DNA of 64,000 nucleotides from an uncultured Flavobacteriales bacterium (GTDB lineage Bacteria; Bacteroidota; Bacteroidia; Flavobacteriales; TMED113): NCBI GenBank assembly GCA_964435285.1, contig CAYSYA010000002.1, positions 129,135 to 193,134 of the forward strand, read 5' to 3'. Shown piece by piece: positions 37,882 to 45,858 of this stretch (position 1 is its first letter; each line of letters starts with the position of its first letter). The notes under the pieces were generated by a model. It saw only the letters and a program-made list of their open reading frames with translations, ran no database searches and was not told where the DNA came from. The position numbers and the translations under genes were made by a program.

Positions 37882-40359
37882 ATGAAAAATATTTTACTTT
37901 TTATTTCAATATTCTTTTTTCAAATTTCTTTTTCTCAGGTTATAACTTTTGAGTGTAATAACTCTATTATTACTGTATCTTGGGAAGAAATTGTAAATAA
38001 TCCAAATGCTTATATGGATTGGGATGCGGATGGAAATATCGATGAAGATGATGTTACAATGTATTTATATGAAGCATATGATTGTGAAAACTCTTTAGGT
38101 GGTTGTGAAGAATATACAACTATTGTTATTGATTGTGTATGCTTAGATAATCAAGAGATAATTTTTTTGGAAGAAATAGATGAGTCAAACTGTGAGATTA
38201 CTCAAATTTGCGAATGCATTACTGTAAATAATGATATTAATTGGAATAATATTGATTGGGAAGATTTAGGTTGGGAAGAATTTGATTGGGAAAGTGTTTG
38301 GTCAGATTATGATTTAGGTAATATTATTGATTGGGATAATACACCCTGGGATGATATTATTAATTTAGACATTGATCCAGATGATTTAATTAATTATATA
38401 CAAAATATGTTATTAGGTCAAAGTTTTGATTGGGATAATTTTGTTGAAATGCAAGTAGGAGTTGATGAATGTTGTATTAATCCTGAATGGATTGACCCTA
38501 TGGCTATGTGTCCCATGATATTTAATCCGGTAGTTGGGTGTGATGGTATTGAATATGGAAATAGTTGTCAAGCTGAAGCTGCTGGTATTACTAGTTATGT
38601 GGATGGTATGGGAAATACAACATTATTGGAATGGGGTTGTAATCAAGGTGGTGTAGATTGTGCAGATGACTCAGAGGGTATATTAGCACAATATGGTTAT
38701 CAATGTAATGATATAGTTGGTGCGTGGTTTTCATGGGATTGTACTGATGATCTCTCTGTTGCGGTTCCTGAAGCCCCTTCAGGAATGTGGACTATAGGAG
38801 ACCTTTGTTCACTATCCTGTAATGAATGTGATGATGAGTTAGACTGTGTTGCAGACTTAATTCCTGATTGTGTATTTATGACTGTTGTGGATCCTGTATG
38901 TGGATGTGATGGTGTTACATATAGTAATTCTGGAGAAGCTGCGTGTAATAATATTTTTGATTTCACCATGGGTGAATGTGAAGGCGTTGTAGATTGTATA
39001 GATGATCCAGATGGTATGTTAACGCAATTGGGATCTTCATGTTCTGAACTTGCAATACTTGGTTGTGATGCGGATTTGTCTGATTTTATTCCTGGAATTG
39101 GTTTTGGTATAAGTGTTTATGAGATTTGTCCTGAATCTTGTGGAGATTGTGGTGAAGGTACTGCAGGCTGCACAGAAGAGGAAGCATGTAATTACAATCC
39201 TGATGCTACAACTGATGATGGTAGTTGTGATTATGGTGTTGATTGTTTTGTGTCACCATGTTCTTTATCACCCTCACCTTTCCCTGGAGCAAATTGTTTA
39301 GATGATTATTGTGGGGGGTGTTGTGCTATTTGGACTTGGATAGATGAAGAGGGGGATGATTTTACTTTTAATTCATGTACTGATGAATATACGGAGGGGT
39401 GTACAGAATCTAATGCAATTAATTATAATCCGGATGCGATATTAGATGATGGATCTTGTGAATATGCTTGGGATGATTGTATTTCCCAACAAATACTAGA
39501 ATCATTTGGAAATTATAATCTAGGAAATATTGATTCTCAATCCAGTGATTGGTTTGGTTGGGATAATGGAAATTCAGGTGTAGATGTTGTAAATTTTTCA
39601 ATGAATACTTATTTAGGTGATGGTCAATCAATTCTTGTTGAACAGGATGATGATTTAATTTGGGATTTAGATGGTATCAATACTGGTAGTGGAGAAGTAA
39701 CTTTTTATATGTATATACCTTCTTCAGATGATGCAGGGGCTTATTATAACATGTTACATAATTATGCCGCTGCTAACTCTAATTGGGCATTTCAAGTTTT
39801 ATTTGCTTCAGCTAGTTCAGGAGATCAATCTTATATAGATTTAGATCAGCCAGTGTATTTTGATGCTGTTTATGATACCTGGGTAGAGGTTCGTCATGAA
39901 ATAGATATTGATAATGATCTTATTACTCTATATTACAATGGTGAAATGATTTCTTCTTGGGCTTGGAGTAATGGTTCAGCAGGAGCATCAAATGTTTTAG
40001 ATGCATTAAATTTATTTGGTTTTTGTACTGGAACACCATGTTCTGGATTTACTTATTATGATAATATAGAAATATGTGGTGATTTTTTCATTAGTGATAT
40101 TGAAGATAAATCCACTTTAGATGTAAATCTTTATCCAAATCCTAACAAAGGTTCATTTAATATAGTTTTGAATGACAATCAAGGGGAATTTAATATAAGG
40201 GTTTTTAATATAATAGGAAAAGAGGTTTATAATGAAACTATAGATGGCTATGTAAAAAACTCTATTAAAACTATTGATTTAGCTTTAACAAAGGGGACCT
40301 ATATTGTGAATTTAGAAACAAAAAACCATGTTCTTAAAATTCCTATGGTAATAGAATAG
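37882..40359 (+). CDS. T9SS-secreted Cys-rich mosaic protein (Kazal-like x2, ShKT-like x2, Trp/Asp repeats, GCT repeats, type A CTD)
   Basis: Signal peptide; PVxGCDGxxYxN Kazal-like motifs; six-Cys units ending Cx3Cx2C; CTD LYPNPNKG...FNIIGK...KGTYIV. Confidence 0.85.
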   Translation: MKNILLFISIFFFQISFSQVITFECNNSIITVSWEEIVNNPNAYMDWDADGNIDEDDVTMYLYEAYDCENSLGGCEEYTTIVIDCVCLDNQEIIFLEEIDESNCEITQICECITVNNDINWNNIDWEDLGWEEFDWESVWSDYDLGNIIDWDNTPWDDIINLDIDPDDLINYIQNMLLGQSFDWDNFVEMQVGVDECCINPEWIDPMAMCPMIFNPVVGCDGIEYGNSCQAEAAGITSYVDGMGNTTLLEWGCNQGGVDCADDSEGILAQYGYQCNDIVGAWFSWDCTDDLSVAVPEAPSGMWTIGDLCSLSCNECDDELDCVADLIPDCVFMTVVDPVCGCDGVTYSNSGEAACNNIFDFTMGECEGVVDCIDDPDGMLTQLGSSCSELAILGCDADLSDFIPGIGFGISVYEICPESCGDCGEGTAGCTEEEACNYNPDATTDDGSCDYGVDCFVSPCSLSPSPFPGANCLDDYCGGCCAIWTWIDEEGDDFTFNSCTDEYTEGCTESNAINYNPDAILDDGSCEYAWDDCISQQILESFGNYNLGNIDSQSSDWFGWDNGNSGVDVVNFSMNTYLGDGQSILVEQDDDLIWDLDGINTGSGEVTFYMYIPSSDDAGAYYNMLHNYAAANSNWAFQVLFASASSGDQSYIDLDQPVYFDAVYDTWVEVRHEIDIDNDLITLYYNGEMISSWAWSNGSAGASNVLDALNLFGFCTGTPCSGFTYYDNIEICGDFFISDIEDKSTLDVNLYPNPNKGSFNIVLNDNQGEFNIRVFNIIGKEVYNETIDGYVKNSIKTIDLALTKGTYIVNLETKNHVLKIPMVIE

Positions 40360-40372
40360 TTATTACAATATT

Positions 40373-42184
40373 TTAGTCCTCTCTCCACCAATATTTTTTT
40401 GGTATTTTTTCAAAAGTTATATTAATATATAAAGTATCTTTCTCTGTTTGAATAAACTTTTGGTTAAAATTTGTTTGATATCCTTCATTAGGTATTACAT
40501 TAATTGGAAGTTTATGGTTTTTTGAAAACAATGAAGTAAGATTACTTTTTTCTAGTATATTTTTATTAATAAGAACAGTACCATGTTCTTTTCCAACAAT
40601 ATTTAGGTTTAATAAATACGTTTCAATTTTAAATTTTTGTTTTAAATGTTTAAGGAAATAAGCTGGTCTTTTAATTGCAAATAATTTTAATTTGTTTACT
40701 TCCTTTTTCCAATAATCATAATTTCTCCCAATCCTTTCTAAATGATACCATCTGTCATTTAGTGATCTATTTGGTGTTCTAGTAAAATGAATTTTCATTT
40801 CTTCATCATAAATATTTTCAAACCAATCAATTCTATTAGTTAAGTATTCTGAGTTTAATTTACTTGATTTTAACCAAAAGAATTGATTGATAAAGTCAGT
40901 CTCAAAATCTTTATTTTTTAATAAATTTCTTAAGAGAAAGGTTGCCCACTGGGGATTGTACCAATGTGTCATGTATGGAGAGGTGAAATTTTTAATCATA
41001 TTATTTTTATGATCACCTAAATCAAACCCAAGATCTGTATCATAAACAATCCATCTAAACTTATTATCTAACAAGCCTGATTTCCAAAATCTAATATTTC
41101 CTCTTGCGTCATTATTTGCTATAAAAAGTTGAAATATCCACCAATTGATATAATTTCTTGTATCCATTTCTTTTTGTACATTATGATAATGAATACTATC
41201 TTTTAAATTATTTTTTTTGATATAGTTTCTTAATTTAACATAGTCTTCATTACTACCAAATTCAACTGTTTTTAATCCCTGTAAAATGGTAAGACTGTCA
41301 GATTTTATATTATAGTTATTTCTAATGTAATGATCGTTAATTTTTTCTCTTATGTTATATACGCCCCAATATTCTGCATTGATAAAAAGATGTGCAGGAG
41401 TTGATTTTTGAACATCAATATCTTCTTCAGTGATAATTGAAGTTAAAAAACTATCTTTAAATCTTGTATTATTGTGATCATTTCCTGAGTGCCTAAGAAC
41501 AAACTGCTTATATTTTTTTTTCCCAACACCAAATAAATCTGCATTGAATCTTTTTTTTCCATATTTTTCTCTTGCAATTAACCTCAAAGATTTTTCTTTT
41601 CCATATTTTGTCATCCCCCCAAATATTTTGATTCCAGAGTTCTGATTTAAAATTTGAATATTTTTGCTATTGAATATCTCAACATTTAATTTTCTTTCCC
41701 ATTTTTTTGAAAAATTAGCATTCATATGTCTTTTTTCAATAGTATCCCAGTATGCATTATATCCTTTTGCATATATACCACGACTTTCCCCTAAAAAATC
41801 TTTTTTATTAATAATGAGTGATACAACATGAAAATTTGTTTTAAAATCAATTATGAATGTGTGACAACCTAGTTCTTTAATTGAATCATTTATTTTTTGA
41901 AAAAAACATAGAGAACTTGTTTTTTCAATTATCATTGAGTCTGGAAATTCCTTTTTTCTTTTTTCATTCAAACTATTTTTTACATAAAGTAAAGTTCCTT
42001 CACAAATACTTGCTTTTAAATTTATGACGGTGTCATAAATTAATGGATTATGTGATATGTTAAAACATTTATTAGTTTGTAATGAGTCAGTAAAAACTTC
42101 TTTTTTTAAAAAAGTTAAAGAATCAATTTCTTGAGAATAGATAAATGAAATATTAATTAATAATAAAGCAAATATTTTTATCAT
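40373..42184 (-). CDS. CotH kinase family protein, signal peptide, no T9SS CTD
   Basis: GIKIFGGMT...KSLRL, FVLRHSGND, YWGVYNIREK, ANNDARGNIRFW, RWIVYDTDLGF. Confidence 0.88.
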   Translation of the reverse strand: MIKIFALLLINISFIYSQEIDSLTFLKKEVFTDSLQTNKCFNISHNPLIYDTVINLKASICEGTLLYVKNSLNEKRKKEFPDSMIIEKTSSLCFFQKINDSIKELGCHTFIIDFKTNFHVVSLIINKKDFLGESRGIYAKGYNAYWDTIEKRHMNANFSKKWERKLNVEIFNSKNIQILNQNSGIKIFGGMTKYGKEKSLRLIAREKYGKKRFNADLFGVGKKKYKQFVLRHSGNDHNNTRFKDSFLTSIITEEDIDVQKSTPAHLFINAEYWGVYNIREKINDHYIRNNYNIKSDSLTILQGLKTVEFGSNEDYVKLRNYIKKNNLKDSIHYHNVQKEMDTRNYINWWIFQLFIANNDARGNIRFWKSGLLDNKFRWIVYDTDLGFDLGDHKNNMIKNFTSPYMTHWYNPQWATFLLRNLLKNKDFETDFINQFFWLKSSKLNSEYLTNRIDWFENIYDEEMKIHFTRTPNRSLNDRWYHLERIGRNYDYWKKEVNKLKLFAIKRPAYFLKHLKQKFKIETYLLNLNIVGKEHGTVLINKNILEKSNLTSLFSKNHKLPINVIPNEGYQTNFNQKFIQTEKDTLYINITFEKIPKKYWWRED

Positions 42185-43788
42185 CTTACCCTAAGTTTTT
42201 TTCCAACTATCAAAATACTTTTTTCACCATTTTTTAAAATTTTTTTATTGAGTTTTATTAGTTTAGAAATTTCATTGTAGTCATTATAATATTGTAATGC
42301 AATTTTGCTTAATGAATCTCCTTTTTTAATTGTGTGATATTTTTTTGTTTGATTAAGATTGTTTTTTGGATAAGTAATATTTAATTCAATTCTTCTATCT
42401 CTAGTGTCATAATATTTTTGTTTTTTTGAGCCATATCCTTTCCAAGAAATATTTTTAACATCAAATCCTTTATTTTTTAAATATTCATATACTTTTCTAG
42501 CTCGGTTTTCAGAAATTTCTTGATTTACAAAATCACTACCTGTTCCTCCATCTGCATGACCCTGAATTTCAATTTTTATATTCTTATCAGAGGACAAAAA
42601 GTCAAATATTTCATTTAACCATTGTTTATCTTTAGTGGGAATGTTATCTCTTTCTTTTTCGAAATTTATATTACACTCTATTGATTTCACTCTAAATGTT
42701 ACACGTCTGTTTTTTGAAATTTCATCTTTTGTACATTTATTTTTTTTATCATCACAATAAATAATAGGTTGTGTTTCTCCATAGCCATAATAATTAATTT
42801 TTGTTGAATCTACACCAATTTTTATTAAATAATCATGAACTTTTTTTGCTCTTTTTTCTGATAGAATTTTATTTTTATTTTCATCTCCAACATGATCAGA
42901 GTGACCTTGAATTTCTATAGTTACTTCAGGTCTTTTCTTTAACATATTTCCATATTCATCTAAAAATGTAGATACTGATGGTTCTAAATCAAAACCTCCA
43001 CTTGGAAAAGGAAGATTAAGATCTAAAACTTCCATGGATTGGCTTACATATTTAATTGTATCATCTTTTCTCAGATCTTCGTAACATGGGCAAATTAATT
43101 CAGCTTTACTTTTTTCAATTTTATATTTTTCAATTGGTTCAAAATTGATAATTGCATCTTTTATTCTATCATATCCTTTCGACCAACTATCTGCACAGTC
43201 TTCCCAATAATGTAAACTTTGAAGAGTCGAAAATCCACAAAACTGTTTCAGTAATACAGCTGATATGTATCCTGATTGATGCCAACCGTTCCAACAATGT
43301 AAATATATAGGTCCTAGCTCATTATTATTTATTGCTTCATAAACCATTAAAAGTATAGAGTCTCTTGATTCTTTATCATTACCGCTTAATTGAAAATAAT
43401 CTAGTCTTTTGTTACCCTTTTCTACAAATCGAGGAGCAGTATTCCAATTTGTTTTGTATAAATAAACAATATTAGAGAAATCTTGTTCTAATAAGTTCTC
43501 AAGCCCGTCTTGAGGTAATGGGTTTTTATTTCCTCTTTTATTTTTTTTGTGATAATAATTATTTCCACCTCCTCTGTAAGCTACTCCGTGAAGAATGGAT
43601 CTAAAATTTCTGGTTCCGTATAAAATTTCTAAACCATTTCCTTTGTTATCAGTTGCTTTTTCAGTTACACAGTTAATTTCAAATTTTGATTTATAATAAT
43701 TTATTTTTTCTTCAAATGATTTATTTTTTTCTTGGCTAAAAATAAATATTGGTAGGATTAGAATTGGAATAATTTTGTTTAATTTCAC
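42181..43788 (-). CDS. Exported protein: atypical PTP/DSP-fold domain + two OmpA-like C-terminal domains + LysM
   Basis: GTG start, signal peptide; GPIYLHCWNGWHQSG; two IEIQGH.D...SE.RA..V..YL...GYG...RR units; HTIKKGDSLSKIA LysM. Confidence 0.85.
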   Translation of the reverse strand: MKLNKIIPILILPIFIFSQEKNKSFEEKINYYKSKFEINCVTEKATDNKGNGLEILYGTRNFRSILHGVAYRGGGNNYYHKKNKRGNKNPLPQDGLENLLEQDFSNIVYLYKTNWNTAPRFVEKGNKRLDYFQLSGNDKESRDSILLMVYEAINNNELGPIYLHCWNGWHQSGYISAVLLKQFCGFSTLQSLHYWEDCADSWSKGYDRIKDAIINFEPIEKYKIEKSKAELICPCYEDLRKDDTIKYVSQSMEVLDLNLPFPSGGFDLEPSVSTFLDEYGNMLKKRPEVTIEIQGHSDHVGDENKNKILSEKRAKKVHDYLIKIGVDSTKINYYGYGETQPIIYCDDKKNKCTKDEISKNRRVTFRVKSIECNINFEKERDNIPTKDKQWLNEIFDFLSSDKNIKIEIQGHADGGTGSDFVNQEISENRARKVYEYLKNKGFDVKNISWKGYGSKKQKYYDTRDRRIELNITYPKNNLNQTKKYHTIKKGDSLSKIALQYYNDYNEISKLIKLNKKILKNGEKSILIVGKKLRVR

Positions 43789-43900
43789 TTTAATAATGTT
43801 TTATTTTTTTAATAAATATTTTAATTTTTTCAATATAAAATAATTTTTCAGACGTAAAACATTATTTTAAAAATCTTATCAGTTTTAAAATATTAATAAA

Positions 43901-45058
43901 ATGAAAAAGAAAATATTGCTTTTAGGTTCCGGTGAATTGGGTAAAGAATTTGTAATTGCTTGTCAGAGATTGGGCCAGTATATAATTGCAGTAGATAATT
44001 ATTTTGATGCACCTGCAATGCAAGTCTCAAATGAATTTGAGGTGATTAATATGCTTGATGGAGATGAATTAGATAGAATTGTAAAAAAACATAATCCAGA
44101 TATAATTGTACCAGAAGTTGAATCAATAAGAACTGAAAGGTTTTATGATTATGAAAATAATGGAATACAAGTGGTTCCCTCTGCAAAAGCTGCAAATTAT
44201 ACAATGAATAGAAAATCAATAAGGGATTTAGCTGTAAATGAATTAAATATAAAAACAGCAAAGTACAAATATGCTAAATCTCTTGATGAGTTAAGAAATG
44301 CAGTTGATTATTGTGGTATTCCATGTGTAGTTAAACCATTGATGTCTAGCTCTGGGAAAGGCCAATCTACAATAAAAAAATATGAAGAAATTGAAGATTC
44401 TTGGAATTATGCAATTGAAGGTTCTAGAGGAGATTTAGTGGAAGTTATAGTAGAAGAGTTTGTTAATTTTGATTATGAAATAACATTATTGACTCTGACT
44501 CAACAAAATGGTAATACATTATTTTGTCCACCAATTGGTCATCGACAAGAAAGGGGGGATTACCAAGAAAGTTGGCAGCCAATGGATATGAATGAAAGAC
44601 ATTTAAATTCTGCTCAAGAAATAGCTGCTAAAATTACAAAATCTTTAAAGGGATCAGGAATTTGGGGTGTTGAGTTTTTTATATCTAAAAATGGTCCTAT
44701 TTTTTCTGAATTATCTCCAAGACCTCACGATACAGGCATGGTTACTCTAGCTAGTACTCAAAATTTTTCAGAATTTGAGTTACATGCTAGAGCTATTTTA
44801 GGTATACCAGTTTTAGAAATTACTTTATTAAAAAATGGAGCAAGTGCTGTTATTTTGGCAGAAAAAAATAGTAAAAATCCTTTATTTAGTGGTTTTAAAA
44901 AAGCAGCTTGTTTTAAAAATACTGACTATAAAATATTTGGAAAAACAAGTAGTAGACCATTTAGGAGAATGGGAGTTGCTTTATCTTATGGTACTGAATC
45001 TGTAGATTTTTTAGTCAAAAAAGCAAAACAAGTAGCATCTTGTATAAAAGTTTCTTAA
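43901..45058 (+). CDS. purT: Formate-dependent phosphoribosylglycinamide formyltransferase
   Basis: [56 protein letters not shown]. Confidence 0.96.
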   Translation: MKKKILLLGSGELGKEFVIACQRLGQYIIAVDNYFDAPAMQVSNEFEVINMLDGDELDRIVKKHNPDIIVPEVESIRTERFYDYENNGIQVVPSAKAANYTMNRKSIRDLAVNELNIKTAKYKYAKSLDELRNAVDYCGIPCVVKPLMSSSGKGQSTIKKYEEIEDSWNYAIEGSRGDLVEVIVEEFVNFDYEITLLTLTQQNGNTLFCPPIGHRQERGDYQESWQPMDMNERHLNSAQEIAAKITKSLKGSGIWGVEFFISKNGPIFSELSPRPHDTGMVTLASTQNFSEFELHARAILGIPVLEITLLKNGASAVILAEKNSKNPLFSGFKKAACFKNTDYKIFGKTSSRPFRRMGVALSYGTESVDFLVKKAKQVASCIKVS

Positions 45059-45062
45059 ATCG

Positions 45063-45070
45063 TACATTTG
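45063..45070 (+). promoter_or_regulatory. -7 promoter element (TACATTTG)
   Basis: Exact TAnnTTTG match 20 nt before ATG 45091. Confidence 0.5.
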
Positions 45071-45090
45071 TTTAACTAAATTTTTTTGAT

Positions 45091-45840
45091 ATGAGTAAAC
45101 TTTCAACATCTTTAGGCAGGTCTGGTAATCCTGCTTTGACATCTGAAGTATTTAATAAATCTATTACTTCCCAAGGAGAAGTAATGACGCTACAAGGAAC
45201 AGTAAATAAAACTGCTTTTAGTTTATTTTTATTGGTTGCTGCAGGTTCTTTTACATTTTCTCCTGATTATAGTTGGTTAATTTGGCCAGGTTTTATAGGT
45301 GGTTTTATTGTAGCTATGATTACAATTTTTAAAAAAGAATGGGCACCAATTACTGTTCCGATTTATGCAATTTTAGAAGGCTTAGCTTTGGGGGGCATTT
45401 CCTATATTTATAAAGAAGCTTTTTACCCTGGAATAGTTTCTCAAGCCATTTTATTAACTGTTAGTATTTTTGCAGCTCTACTTTTTGCTTACAAGACTAG
45501 AATTATTAAACCCACTGAAAACTTTAAATTAGGAATTTTTGCTGCTACTGGTGGAATTTTTTTAGTCTATATAGCTTCTTTTATCATGTCTTTATTTGGC
45601 GCTTCGATGCCAATTATGAATCCTTCTAATGCTTCTCTTATAAGTATTGGTTTTAGTTTGTTCGTAGTGGTAATTGCTGCATTGAACCTAGTTTTGGATT
45701 TTGACTTTATTGAAGAAGGGGCTGAAAAAGGAGCTCCAAAATATATGGAATGGTATGGCGCATTTGGCTTATTAGTTACATTAGTTTGGTTATACTTAGA
45801 AATTTTGAGATTATTAGCAAAATTAAACTCCAGAAGATAA
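45091..45840 (+). CDS. Bax inhibitor-1 / YccA family membrane protein
   Basis: SGNPAL, MTLQGTVNKT, YAILEG, LVLDFDFIE, EWYGAFGLLVTLVWLYLEILRLL. Confidence 0.9.
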   Translation: MSKLSTSLGRSGNPALTSEVFNKSITSQGEVMTLQGTVNKTAFSLFLLVAAGSFTFSPDYSWLIWPGFIGGFIVAMITIFKKEWAPITVPIYAILEGLALGGISYIYKEAFYPGIVSQAILLTVSIFAALLFAYKTRIIKPTENFKLGIFAATGGIFLVYIASFIMSLFGASMPIMNPSNASLISIGFSLFVVVIAALNLVLDFDFIEEGAEKGAPKYMEWYGAFGLLVTLVWLYLEILRLLAKLNSRR

Positions 45841-45858
45841 TACATTAGTTAGCTTATC

